Assembly (NCBI GenBank): GCA_009694585.1
Contig: SHUQ01000003.1
Coordinates: 590-64,589 of the forward strand
Source: Candidatus Nanopelagicales bacterium
GTDB taxonomy: Bacteria > Actinomycetota > Actinomycetes > S36-B12
DNA length: 64,000 bases
Reading direction: 5' to 3'
In this document: in pieces, positions 1-12,059 of the stretch
How positions within the stretch are numbered: the stretch's first letter is position 1
How the letters are laid out: each line of letters opens with the position of its first letter
Translations under genes and position numbers: made by a program
The notes under the pieces: model-generated
The model's input: only the letters and a program-made list of their open reading frames with translations
What the model was told of the DNA's origin: nothing
Database searches by the model: none

Positions 1-1339
<1,339 letters not shown>

Positions 1340-1361
1340 TGGACCTGGGCTCGGACACCGA

Positions 1362-1367
1362 TAGAAT
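1362..1367 (+). promoter_or_regulatory. Candidate -10 hexamer TAGAAT placed 6 nt before the serA GTG (leaderless geometry)
   Basis: TAGAAT-ccggcc-GTG. No SD lies between the hexamer and the start codon. Confidence 0.35.
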
Positions 1368-1373
1368 CCGGCC

Positions 1374-2957
1374 GTGACTAAATCCCGCGTCCTAATTGCC
1401 GAAGAACTCTCCCCCGCGACCATCGAGGCCCTTGGTCCCGACTTCGAAATCATCACTTGTGATGGCACCGATCGCGCGGCCTTGCTGGCTGCCATAGTCG
1501 ATGTAGATGCCATTTTGGTGCGTTCGGCCACTATGGTCGATGCCGAGGCAATCGCAGCGGCACCGAAGTTGAAGGTGGTCGCGCGCGCAGGGGTTGGTCT
1601 GGACAATGTTGACGTCAAAGCAGCAACCCAAGCCGGTGTCATGGTCGTCAATGCACCAACTTCAAATATCGTAAGTGCGGCCGAACTTGCGGTGGCACTG
1701 CTGCTAGCAAGTGCACGCAATGTGGCTCCGGCCAGCGCTGCGCTTAGCAAGGGCGAGTGGAAGCGCTCTAAGTTCACCGGGGTTGAGGTTGCTGACAAAG
1801 TCGTTGGCATCGTCGGTCTTGGTCGTATCGGGGTACTTGTTGCCCAGCGGCTGAGCTCATTTGGGGTAAAACTCATTGCGTACGACCCCTACGTGCAGCC
1901 GGCTCGGGCGGCACAACTTGGGGTGCGGATGGTGACCTTGGACGATTTGCTCGCGGAAAGTGACTTCATCACGGTGCACCTGCCAAAGACCGCGGAGACG
2001 GTAGGCCTGATCGGTGATGCTGAACTGCACAAGGTCAAGCCAACTGTGCACATCATCAATGCGGCGCGGGGCGGCATCGTCGATGAAAAAGCCCTTTACG
2101 ATGCCCTCGTTGATGGACGCGTGGCCGGCGCCGGCCTTGATGTTTATGCCAAGGAGCCATGCACCGATTCACCGCTATTTACCCTCGATCAGGTTGTGGC
2201 CACCCCGCACCTTGGGGCATCTACGGATGAAGCCCAGGAGAAAGCCGGTATTTCAGCGGCGCGCTCGGTGCGGCTGGCTCTTGCCGGTGAGCTGGTGCCA
2301 GATGCGGTCAACGTCCAAGGTGGCCAAATCGCCGAGCAGATCAAGCCACTACTGCCATTGGCCGAGAAACTGGGAGCAATCGCTTGCGGACTGGCGACGG
2401 CTGCCGTAGCTCGAGTCACCGTCGAAGTTTGCGGCGAAGCGGCAGACCATGACGTACGAGTGCTGGAGTTGTCAGCCCTTAAAGGGGTGTTCCAGATGCT
2501 CATCCATGATCCGGTTTCCTATGTCAACGCCCCGTTGCTTGCCGAACAGCGTGGCGTCGAAGTGGTGCTCACCTCGGACCGGACCAGTGATGACCACAAG
2601 TCTTTGGTGCGGGTAACAATAACCTTGACCGATGGTGAGAGCGTGAGCGTGGCCGGCACGGTCGCGGGCCCGCGGCATACCCCCAAAGTGGTTGCGGTCG
2701 ACGGTTTTGATGTTGATGTGCCGGTGAGTGATCACATGGCCTTCCTGCGCTATCACGATAAGCCAGGGGTTGTCGGGGTTGTCGGCAAAGTCCTCGGTGA
2801 TGCCGATGTAAATATCGGTGGCATGCAGGTCAGCCGTGATGACAGCAGTCATGCACTCATCGTCTTGACCGTTGACTCACCGATTCCCGCCGCGGCCCTT
2901 GATGAAATCGTCAGCAAAATTGGTGCACACAGCGGTAAATCAGTCGACCTTAACTAA
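1374..2957 (+). CDS. serA: D-3-phosphoglycerate dehydrogenase (long form with C-terminal ACT domain)
   Basis: 527 aa. NAD-binding motif GIVGLGRIG; 2-hydroxyacid dehydrogenase core; ACT-like C-terminus. Confidence 0.93.
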   Translation: MTKSRVLIAEELSPATIEALGPDFEIITCDGTDRAALLAAIVDVDAILVRSATMVDAEAIAAAPKLKVVARAGVGLDNVDVKAATQAGVMVVNAPTSNIVSAAELAVALLLASARNVAPASAALSKGEWKRSKFTGVEVADKVVGIVGLGRIGVLVAQRLSSFGVKLIAYDPYVQPARAAQLGVRMVTLDDLLAESDFITVHLPKTAETVGLIGDAELHKVKPTVHIINAARGGIVDEKALYDALVDGRVAGAGLDVYAKEPCTDSPLFTLDQVVATPHLGASTDEAQEKAGISAARSVRLALAGELVPDAVNVQGGQIAEQIKPLLPLAEKLGAIACGLATAAVARVTVEVCGEAADHDVRVLELSALKGVFQMLIHDPVSYVNAPLLAEQRGVEVVLTSDRTSDDHKSLVRVTITLTDGESVSVAGTVAGPRHTPKVVAVDGFDVDVPVSDHMAFLRYHDKPGVVGVVGKVLGDADVNIGGMQVSRDDSSHALIVLTVDSPIPAAALDEIVSKIGAHSGKSVDLN

Positions 2958-2963
2958 GTCGAT

Positions 2964-4757
<1,794 letters not shown>

Positions 4758-4790
4758 GGCAAACGACGAAACCCGCGACGAGGAGGCCGG

Positions 4791-4838
4791 TTAAGAGGCC
4801 TCGCCGCGGCGGCGAAGGAGCAGGGTCACAATCAGCAC
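4791..4838 (-). promoter_or_regulatory. Candidate leucine leader peptide ORF, (M)[14 protein letters not shown]
   Basis: Minus strand reads GTG CTG ATT GTG ACC CTG CTC CTT CGC CGC CGC GGC GAG GCC TCT TAA, with three consecutive Leu codons. Its last sense codons form the 5' arm of a GAGGCC/GGCCUC hairpin (4783-4802). Confidence 0.4.
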
Positions 4839-4879
4839 CCGCGCAGAGTACCAGAGGCGCGCTAGGTAGGGTTTCGCCC

Positions 4880-5935
4880 ATGTCAAAGACCCTAAATCTT
4901 GCCCTCATCCCCGGCGACGGCATTGGTACCGAGGTGGTGGCCGAAGCCATGAAAGTGCTGGGCGCCATTGCGCCGGCCGCTGGAATTACGGTCACTTCGA
5001 CCGAGTACGACCTCGGCGCCCGTCGTTACAACGCCACGGGTGAGTTACTGCCAGACTCGGTGATCGAAGAACTTCGCAGTTATGACGCCATTTTGCTCGG
5101 CGCCATCGGCGACCCTTCGGTCAAGCCGGGGATCTTGGAGCGCGGGGTGCTGCTGCCACTGCGATTTGTGATGGATCATCACGTGAACTTGCGTCCAGTG
5201 AAATTGTATCCAGGTGTTACCGGGCCCATCGCGGGCAAAGGTCCCAAGGACATTGACTTTGTGGTTTGTCGTGAGGGCACCGAAGGCCCATATGTGGGTG
5301 CCGGCGGGATCTTGCGGATCGGGACTCCCCAAGAGGTTGCAACCGAGGTGAGCTTGAACACCGCTTTTGGAGCAGAGCGCATTATTCGCGATGCATTTGA
5401 TCGTGCGATGCGTCGGCGCAAGAAGGTCACCTTGGTTCATAAGACCAATGTGCTGGTATTTGCTGGTGATCTTTGGCAGCGTACCTTCGACCGGGTGAAG
5501 TTGGAGTACCCGGAAGTCACCGCCGACTATTTACATGTTGACGCGGCTTCGATGTTCTTCCTGACTAACCCGGAGCGCTTCGATGTCGTCGTAACCGACA
5601 ATCTCTTCGGAGACATTCTCACCGATATTGGTGCCGCAATCGGTGGCGGAATCGGCCTGGCGGCAAGTGGCAATATCGACCCGAGTCGCAGCAACCCGAG
5701 TATGTTCGAACCGGTTCATGGTTCTGCCCCTGATATCGCCGGCCAAGGTAAGGCTGATCCCACGGCGACGGTGATGTCACTTGCCATGCTGCTGGATCAC
5801 GTGGGCTTGGTTCAGGCATCGGGTTGGGTTGAAACTGCTGTCGAAAATGATCTGGCCACCCGTGGCACGAGTTCGCGTTCCACCAGTGAGATCGGCGATG
5901 CACTAGCCGCCGGTGCTTTGGCCGCCTCTGCCTGA
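4880..5935 (+). CDS. leuB: 3-isopropylmalate dehydrogenase
   Basis: Start taken at ATG 4880 ([19 protein letters not shown]...). Contains the NLFGDILTD motif. The in-frame upstream extension from 4745 is Arg/Pro-rich and overlaps the leuA leader region. Confidence 0.92.
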   Translation: MSKTLNLALIPGDGIGTEVVAEAMKVLGAIAPAAGITVTSTEYDLGARRYNATGELLPDSVIEELRSYDAILLGAIGDPSVKPGILERGVLLPLRFVMDHHVNLRPVKLYPGVTGPIAGKGPKDIDFVVCREGTEGPYVGAGGILRIGTPQEVATEVSLNTAFGAERIIRDAFDRAMRRRKKVTLVHKTNVLVFAGDLWQRTFDRVKLEYPEVTADYLHVDAASMFFLTNPERFDVVVTDNLFGDILTDIGAAIGGGIGLAASGNIDPSRSNPSMFEPVHGSAPDIAGQGKADPTATVMSLAMLLDHVGLVQASGWVETAVENDLATRGTSSRSTSEIGDALAAGALAASA

Positions 5936-5952
5936 ACGGTTACGCTAAGTAG

Positions 5953-6078
5953 ATGCCGGAGGATTCTGGATCCAAGTTGAGCGATGAAGCGGCGGCCGCG
6001 ATGGGCCTGCGCTTGGTGCAAGCATTCGAACTTTGTCGATTCGCATCGCAATTAGCTGGACGAGCCGTAGATGAGTGA
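5953..6078 (+). CDS. Hypothetical 41-aa ORF overlapping the start of the downstream nucleotidyltransferase gene
   Basis: Sequence MPEDSGSKLSDEAAAAMGLRLVQAFELCRFASQLAGRAVDE. Its TGA at 6076-6078 overlaps the ATG at 6071 by 8 nt. No clear SD, and GC3 drops in the second half. Confidence 0.25.
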   Translation: MPEDSGSKLSDEAAAAMGLRLVQAFELCRFASQLAGRAVDE

Positions 6079-6541
6079 GTTCAACCCGAGTCGGATCTTC
6101 GAAACCTTAGACCGACACCAGGTTGACTACCTGACGATCGATGCGTGGGCAGTGATCGCGCACGGATATGTCCGCGCTACGGCTGATATAGATTTTGTGG
6201 CCCGCATGGATAGGGGAAATATTGAGCGGTTGGCCAATGCCCTGCGGGAGTTAAATGCGCGCCTGCGGGGGGTCGACGCCGACAAGTTAGATATCGATCC
6301 GACTGATCCTGACGTGCTTACAAATGGTGCCAGCTTCACGATGGATACCGACGCGGGTCCACTGGACTTCTTAAATGATGTCCCAGGTGCCGATGATTAT
6401 GACCAAATGCGCGCTCGGGCCGTAGCGGCAGATGCGGCTGGAACTACGGTGTGGGTGGTTGGGATCGAAGACCTGCTGCGAATGAAGCGCGCTTCGGGGC
6501 GGATGCAGGATCTCCTGGACATCGACCAACTGGGCCACTAG
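6071..6541 (+). CDS. Minimal nucleotidyltransferase-fold protein (MNT-like), function unknown
   Basis: 156 aa. NTase signature hG-x9-DxD appears as AHGYVRATADIDFV. The C-terminal helix is IEDLLRMKRASGRMQDLLDIDQL. Confidence 0.6.
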   Translation: MSEFNPSRIFETLDRHQVDYLTIDAWAVIAHGYVRATADIDFVARMDRGNIERLANALRELNARLRGVDADKLDIDPTDPDVLTNGASFTMDTDAGPLDFLNDVPGADDYDQMRARAVAADAAGTTVWVVGIEDLLRMKRASGRMQDLLDIDQLGH

Positions 6542-6611
6542 TCGAAGGTCGACATTTTCGGGCCAACTGATACCTGTGTAGCGTTACCCCATCGACCATA
6601 GGGAGCCACCG

Positions 6612-7736
6612 ATGACAACCAGCACCACAACCGGCACTTCACTGTGGCCGATTGAAGTCAAGGCTTCGACCGCGCCGAAATCAGCCGCCGAGCGCGCGGC
6701 CATCATGGCCGATCCGGGATTTGGCAAGTACTTCACCGACCACATGGTGCGCGCCAAGTGGACCACCGATGCTGGTTGGCACGGTGCCGAACTGGTTCCT
6801 TATGGTCCCTTGTCGCTGGACCCAGCGACGAACTTCATGCACTACGGCCAAGCAATCTTTGAAGGCCTGAAGGCTTATCGGCATGCTGATGGCAGTATCA
6901 AGACTTTTCGCCCGATCAAAAATTCGGAGCGCTTCGCGCGTTCGGCTCGCCGGCTCGCAATGGCCGAGTTACCCGATGAGTTATTCCTTGGTTCTATTGA
7001 AGCATTGGTGCGCCAAGATCAAGTATGGGTACCAAGTGACCAGGAGAAGTCACTTTATCTGCGTCCGTTCATGATCTCCACGGAAATTGGCCTTGGCGTG
7101 CGGCCGGGCAACGCTTATGAGTACCTACTCATCGCATCTCCCGCAGGTGCGTACTTTCCACAGGGCGTAAAGCCCGTCACGGTGTGGTTGTCGGATGACT
7201 ATGTGCGTGCGGCACCGGGCGGCACTGGCGAGGCAAAGTGTGCTGGCAACTACGCGGCGTCACTTGTCGCACAGGCCGAAGCAGCCCAGCACGGTTGCGA
7301 CCAGGTGGTTTGGCTGGATGCCGTTGAGCGGCGCTGGATCGAAGAGATGGGCGGCATGAACCTGTACTTCGTCTACGGCGAAGGTGATTCGGCCCGTATC
7401 CTCACCCCGCAACTAACCGGGGCACTGCTTCCCGGCATCACCCGGGAGTCTTTGCTCACGGTCGCTGCAGATCTCGGTATTCGCGCGGAAGAGGGCAAAA
7501 TCAGCGTCGAGGACTGGCGCACTGGCTGTAGTAGTGGCGCCATCACCGAGGTTTTTGCCTGCGGCACCGCTGCCGTCATCACCCCGGTTGGTCAGATCAA
7601 GTCCCGGGAAAGCGGGGCCTGGGAGGTAGCCTGGGGGCGCACCGGTGCCGTCACGATGGCCTTGCGCCAGGCCCTGCTGGATATCCAGACCGGGGCGGCT
7701 CAAGATCGCCACAACTGGATGCACACCATCTGCTAG
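6612..7736 (+). CDS. ilvE: Branched-chain amino acid aminotransferase
   Basis: 374 aa. Class IV aminotransferase pattern (FDHM..., YLRPF, GTGEAKCAGNYAAS). Confidence 0.93.
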   Translation: MTTSTTTGTSLWPIEVKASTAPKSAAERAAIMADPGFGKYFTDHMVRAKWTTDAGWHGAELVPYGPLSLDPATNFMHYGQAIFEGLKAYRHADGSIKTFRPIKNSERFARSARRLAMAELPDELFLGSIEALVRQDQVWVPSDQEKSLYLRPFMISTEIGLGVRPGNAYEYLLIASPAGAYFPQGVKPVTVWLSDDYVRAAPGGTGEAKCAGNYAASLVAQAEAAQHGCDQVVWLDAVERRWIEEMGGMNLYFVYGEGDSARILTPQLTGALLPGITRESLLTVAADLGIRAEEGKISVEDWRTGCSSGAITEVFACGTAAVITPVGQIKSRESGAWEVAWGRTGAVTMALRQALLDIQTGAAQDRHNWMHTIC

Positions 7737-7769
7737 CGGGCCAAGCTCCCCGTATGCCACACTGGTGCC

Positions 7770-7802
7770 GTGATGAGCTTGGTTAGCAGCATTATTTTGT
7801 AG
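7770..7802 (+). promoter_or_regulatory. Candidate BCAA-rich leader ORF, (V)MSLVSSIIL
   Basis: GTG ATG AGC TTG GTT AGC AGC ATT ATT TTG TAG. The stop codon abuts a 10-bp hairpin. A CACACT hexamer lies 6 nt upstream of the GTG. Confidence 0.35.
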
Positions 7803-7825
7803 CGCGTCGACGTACGTTGACGCGC
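7802..7825 (+). promoter_or_regulatory. Stable hairpin GCGCGUCGAC-GUAC-GUUGACGCGC
   Basis: 10-bp stem with one G.U pair. Its first base is the last base of the leader stop codon. Confidence 0.5.
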
Positions 7826-7826
7826 A

Positions 7827-7853
7827 GCCCTTCGCACCCGCGGGGGGCTTTTT
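7827..7853 (+). terminator. Intrinsic terminator-like hairpin with a U-run between ilvE and cimA
   Basis: GCCCUUCGC-ACCC-GCGGGGGGC (9 bp, two G.U pairs) followed by TTTTT. Only 30 nt remain before the cimA ATG. Confidence 0.5.
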
Positions 7854-7883
7854 CATTGCACCACCGCTAGAAAGAGGACGACC

Positions 7884-9476
7884 ATGGCCCGCCCAGATAT
7901 TTTCCACGTCTACGACACCACCTTGCGCGACGGTGCCCAGCGGGAAGGAATTTCCTACTCGGTCAACGACAAGCTTGCCGTGGCCCGGCTCCTTGATGGT
8001 TACGGAGTGGGATTTATTGAAGGTGGTTGGCCCGGTGCCATGCCCAAGGACACCGAGTTCTTCGAGCGAGCCAAGACCGAACTGGACTTGCAAAATGCTG
8101 AGCTGGTGGCCTTCGGCGCTACGCGGAAGCCGGGGGTGGCGGTTGCTGAAGACCCCCAGGTGCAGGCGCTACTTGACTCAGGTGCCCCGGTTATCACCAT
8201 TGTGGCCAAGTCCGATGTCTTGCACGTGATCGATGCGCTGAAGACAACACTAGATGAAAATGCGGCGATGGTGCGCGACACCGTGGAGTACCTAGTCGCG
8301 AAGGGTCGTCGAGTGTTTGTAGATATGGAGCATTTCTTTGACGGGTACAAGCACGACCGTGACTACGGGGTACGCCTTGCAGATGTGGCTCATGCCGCTG
8401 GCGCCAGTGTGGTGGTGTTATGCGATACCAATGGCGGCATGCTGCCAAGTGGTATCACCGCGACAGTTTTAGATGTCTCGGCAAGGTCCGCTGCCCGGCT
8501 CGGCATTCACTGCCAAGATGACACCGGATGTGCGATCGCTAATAGTGTCGCAGCCGTTGAAGCGGGCGCCACCCATGTGCAATGCACCGCAAATGGTTAC
8601 GGTGAGCGCACCGGCAACGCGGATTTATTCGTGGTGATCCCGAACCTGGTGACTAAGTTGGGTTACAACATTTTGCCCGATGGGGCGCTCGATGAAACCG
8701 TACGGATTTCCCACGCAATTGCTGAGATCGCAAATATCGCACCAAATACCCATCAGCCATACGCTGGGGTTTCGGCATTTGCGCATAAGGCGGGCTTGCA
8801 CGCCAGTGCCTTGAAAGTTTCAGCCGATCTCTATAACCACATTGATCCAACCTTGGTGGGCAATGACATGAGGGTGCTAATCACTGAAATGGCCGGCCGA
8901 GCCTCGGTTGAGCTCAAGGGTCGCGAACTGGGCTATGACCTCTCAGGTGACTCCGAGTTGCTCTCCAGAGTGATCGACAAAGTAAAGGATCTAGAAGCAC
9001 AGGGTTGGACCTTCGAGGCGGCCGACGCCTCATTCGAACTCTTGCTTTTGGATGAAGATGGCGCTGAGCGCAGATTTGAGGTGGAATCTTGGCGCACCAT
9101 TGTCGAGCAGGCCGCCGATGGCAACGTAAGTACCGAGGCCACCGTAAAAGTGCATGCAAATGGTGAAAGAATCATCTCAACGGCTGAAGGCAACGGTCCA
9201 ATAAACGCCCTTGACCGGGCCTTGCGAGCGGCAGTTATCCAGTTGTACCCCGAGCTCGATGCACTTGAGTTAGTCGACTACAAGGTGCGCATTCTCGATG
9301 GCGTGAAGGGCACCGGCGCCGTCACTCGGGTATTGGTTGGTACCAGCGATGGATTGGGACAATGGTCTACGGTCGGAGTGCATGAGAACGTAATCGCAGC
9401 ATCATGGCATGCCTTGGAAGATGCCGTGACCTTCGGACTGATCCGGGCGGCAAAGCGTGACGCGCAGGCACGCTAG
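7884..9476 (+). CDS. cimA: Citramalate synthase-type enzyme of the LeuA/CimA family
   Basis: 530 aa. Motifs DTTLRDGAQREG and GIHCQDDTGCAIANSVAAVEAGATHVQCTANGYGERTGNA, plus a C-terminal LeuA-dimer-like domain. Distinct from the 584-aa leuA on the other strand. Confidence 0.8.
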   Translation: MARPDIFHVYDTTLRDGAQREGISYSVNDKLAVARLLDGYGVGFIEGGWPGAMPKDTEFFERAKTELDLQNAELVAFGATRKPGVAVAEDPQVQALLDSGAPVITIVAKSDVLHVIDALKTTLDENAAMVRDTVEYLVAKGRRVFVDMEHFFDGYKHDRDYGVRLADVAHAAGASVVVLCDTNGGMLPSGITATVLDVSARSAARLGIHCQDDTGCAIANSVAAVEAGATHVQCTANGYGERTGNADLFVVIPNLVTKLGYNILPDGALDETVRISHAIAEIANIAPNTHQPYAGVSAFAHKAGLHASALKVSADLYNHIDPTLVGNDMRVLITEMAGRASVELKGRELGYDLSGDSELLSRVIDKVKDLEAQGWTFEAADASFELLLLDEDGAERRFEVESWRTIVEQAADGNVSTEATVKVHANGERIISTAEGNGPINALDRALRAAVIQLYPELDALELVDYKVRILDGVKGTGAVTRVLVGTSDGLGQWSTVGVHENVIAASWHALEDAVTFGLIRAAKRDAQAR

Positions 9477-9499
9477 ATAGAAAGCCTAGATAGGCTGTA

Positions 9500-10294
9500 G
9501 TGGTGCGTATAGTCCGAGTTGCGGTTGATGGTGAACTCTTTTACGGGGTACTCGAAGGTGTTTCCGCCGAAAACGAGCCCACGGAGGCTTCCTTGGTGGT
9601 GCTTATCAACGGACACCCATTCGGGGATTTGGTGCCGGAGGGACGCATCATCCCATTGGCCGATACCCGTTTGGTGGCACCGGTGCTGCCGAGCAAAATT
9701 GTTGCGGTTGGCAAGAACTACGTCGACCACGCCAAGGAGATGGGTGGGGAGGCTCCGGTTTCACCCCTGATTTTCCTAAAGCCCAGTACCAGCATCATCG
9801 GCCCTGGCGAGGCCATCGCCTTGCCATGGCAGTCTGAACAAGTTGAGCACGAGTCTGAACTTGCGGTGGTCATTGGGCGCCTTTGCAGCGATGTGCCAGC
9901 TGAGCGCGCCCACGAGGTCATCCTCGGTTACACGTGCGCTAACGATGTGACCGCGCGTGACTTACAGCAGGCGGATGGACAGTGGTCCCGGGCCAAGAGC
10001 TTTGATACTTTCTGCCCTATTGGTCCGTGGATTGAAACCGATCTTGATGTTGAGGATACTCGGATTACCTGCAGTGTCGATGGGGTGCTTCGTCAAACGG
10101 GTTCAACGAGGGACATGGTGCACGATATTGCGACGTTGATCGCCTACATCAGCTCGGTAATGACACTCATCCCCGGTGACTTGATTCTCACCGGCACGCC
10201 AGCTGGTGTTGGGCCTATTGTGGCAGGCGAAAGTGTAACTGTTTCCATTGCAGGCATTGGCTCGCTAACCAATCCGGTGGTTGATCGTGTCTGA
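9500..10294 (+). CDS. Fumarylacetoacetate hydrolase (FAH) family protein
   Basis: 264 aa. FAH C-terminal domain pattern (GKNYVDHAKE, ELAVVIG, GTPAGVG). This family is commonly found upstream of gltX in Actinobacteria. Confidence 0.85.
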   Translation: MVRIVRVAVDGELFYGVLEGVSAENEPTEASLVVLINGHPFGDLVPEGRIIPLADTRLVAPVLPSKIVAVGKNYVDHAKEMGGEAPVSPLIFLKPSTSIIGPGEAIALPWQSEQVEHESELAVVIGRLCSDVPAERAHEVILGYTCANDVTARDLQQADGQWSRAKSFDTFCPIGPWIETDLDVEDTRITCSVDGVLRQTGSTRDMVHDIATLIAYISSVMTLIPGDLILTGTPAGVGPIVAGESVTVSIAGIGSLTNPVVDRV

Positions 10295-11783
10295 GCAAGT
10301 AACTTCCGCCGAGGCCGTACGCGTGCGTTTTTGCCCGTCACCTACGGGGAATCCGCATGTTGGCATGATTCGTACAGCTTTGTTCAACTGGGCTTTCGCT
10401 CGGCACACCGGTGGCACTTTCGTATTTCGAATTGAAGATACCGACTCGGCCCGCGATAGCGAGGAGTCTTACAACGCGCTCCTTGACTCGCTGCGCTGGC
10501 TGGGCCTTGATTGGGACGAGGGTCCCGAAGTCGGCGGCGAGTACGGCCCTTACCGGCAGTCTGATCGACTTCCTGTGTATACCGAAGTTGCCAAGCGTTT
10601 GAGCGATGGCGGGTTCGCATATCACTGCTACTGCTCTTCGGACGAACTTGAAGAACGCCGTGAACTGGCCAAGAGCGAAGGCCGGACCCCGGGCTATGAC
10701 GGTAAATGCCGGGATTTATCCCACGATCAAGTAGAGGCCTATGAGGACGAAGGCCGAGATCCGGTACTTCGATTCCGGATGCCCGACCGTGATTTCGAAT
10801 GGGATGACCTCGTGCGCGGCTCAATAACCTTCGGGGCTGAGCACGTTCCCGATTATGTTTTGGTCCGAGGCAATGGGGAGCCCCTCTACCCGCTCGTAAA
10901 TCCGGTTGACGATGCCTTGATGCGTATCACTCACGTTTTACGTGGGGAGGATTTACTATCGTCTACTCCACGTCAGATTGCGCTTTATGAAGCACTGGCG
11001 GCTATCGGGGTTAGTGATGGTACGACCCCAAGATTCGGCCACCTGCCCTATGTGATGGGTGCGGGAAACCGCAAACTTTCCAAGCGCGATCCGGAGTCCT
11101 CACTGTTGATGTATCGCGAGACCGGCTACCTTCCTGAAGCGCTACTTAATTATTTGGCACTGCTCGGGTGGTCCATGGGCGATGACCAAGAGTTTTTCAG
11201 CAAGGAGCAAATGGCCGAGGTTTTCACTTTGGAGCGGGTAAATCAAAACCCAGCACGTTTTGACCTGAAGAAGTGCACCGCGATCAATGGTGACTGGATC
11301 AGGTCCTTGGCTCCCGCGGAGTTAGTGCAGCGCATAATCCCGTTCCTAATTGCCAAGAATTTGGTCCCGCGGCCGCCGACAGCGCAGCAATTGGCTATTT
11401 TGGAAGTTGCCGCCCCGCTGATCCAAGAACGCATGGAAAACCTTAGTCAATCAGTTGACATGCTCGCATTCTTACTCTTGCCCCCGGAAAGATTTGTGGT
11501 CGACGAGGCCGACCGTGGAGTACTCGGGGTCGAAGCCGCGCCAACTTTGACGGCCGCGCGGTCGGTTTTGGCCGAACTACCGCACTGGAAAACAGACGCC
11601 ATCCATGAGGCACTTCGGCTCGCGCTGGTTGATGGACTGGACTTAAAGCCCAAATTGGCCTTCACGCCGCTGCGGGTGGCTATTACCGGGCGCCGAATTT
11701 CACCCCCATTGTTTGAATCCATGGAGATTTTGGGTAAATCAGTCTGTTTGGCCCGACTTGATGCGGCGATTGGTGGTGGGTAG
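10281..11783 (+). CDS. gltX: Glutamyl-tRNA synthetase
   Basis: 500 aa. HIGH-type motif PSPTGNPHVG and KMSKS-type motif KLSKR. The start is TTG 10281 or GTG 10287; the latter overlaps the upstream TGA. Confidence 0.93.
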   Translation: MIVSEQVTSAEAVRVRFCPSPTGNPHVGMIRTALFNWAFARHTGGTFVFRIEDTDSARDSEESYNALLDSLRWLGLDWDEGPEVGGEYGPYRQSDRLPVYTEVAKRLSDGGFAYHCYCSSDELEERRELAKSEGRTPGYDGKCRDLSHDQVEAYEDEGRDPVLRFRMPDRDFEWDDLVRGSITFGAEHVPDYVLVRGNGEPLYPLVNPVDDALMRITHVLRGEDLLSSTPRQIALYEALAAIGVSDGTTPRFGHLPYVMGAGNRKLSKRDPESSLLMYRETGYLPEALLNYLALLGWSMGDDQEFFSKEQMAEVFTLERVNQNPARFDLKKCTAINGDWIRSLAPAELVQRIIPFLIAKNLVPRPPTAQQLAILEVAAPLIQERMENLSQSVDMLAFLLLPPERFVVDEADRGVLGVEAAPTLTAARSVLAELPHWKTDAIHEALRLALVDGLDLKPKLAFTPLRVAITGRRISPPLFESMEILGKSVCLARLDAAIGGG

Positions 11784-11798
11784 CCCGTCGCCTATAAT
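11770..11798 (+). promoter_or_regulatory. Candidate promoter for the tRNA-Gln/tRNA-Glu unit
   Basis: TTGGTG, 17-nt spacer, then TATAAT (11793-11798). It overlaps the gltX stop, about 27 nt upstream of tRNA-Gln. Confidence 0.4.
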
Positions 11799-11824
11799 CA
11801 CTGTTCGCCGAGTGATCGGCCCCA

Positions 11825-11896
11825 TGGGGTATGGGGTAATTGGCAGCCCAAATGATTCTGATTCATTTAGTCTAGGTTCGAGTCCTGGTACCCCAG
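11825..11896 (+). tRNA. tRNA-Gln (anticodon CTG)
   Basis: 72-nt cloverleaf folded by hand. Acceptor TGGGGTA/TACCCCA, anticodon stem AATGA/TCATT with loop TTCTGAT, T-loop TTCGAGT. No encoded CCA. Confidence 0.9.
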
Positions 11897-11980
11897 CTGG
11901 TGTTCTGTCGACGTGGTAGGCCCACCCGACTAAATACCTGGTCTACTGCGCGCTTTGTGCGCGCAACTGACCGAAGGCAC

Positions 11981-12053
11981 GGCCCCGTTGTGTAGTGGCC
12001 TAGCACGCCGCCCTCTCAAGGCGGTAGCGCGGGTTCGAATCCCGTCGGGGCTA
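11981..12053 (+). tRNA. tRNA-Glu (anticodon CTC)
   Basis: 73-nt cloverleaf. Acceptor GGCCCCG/CGGGGCT, anticodon stem CCGCC/GGCGG with loop CTCTCAA, T-arm GCGGG-TTCGAAT-CCCGT. Confidence 0.9.
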
Positions 12054-12059
12054 CTAGGT

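Noticed and set aside
7754-7786. Alternative mini-ORF ATG CCA CAC TGG TGC CGT GAT GAG CTT GGT TAG (MPHWCRDELG) in the ilvE-cimA spacer
   Set aside because: It has no regulatory-codon enrichment and no structural relation to the downstream hairpins. The overlapping MSLVSSIIL frame is the more meaningful candidate.
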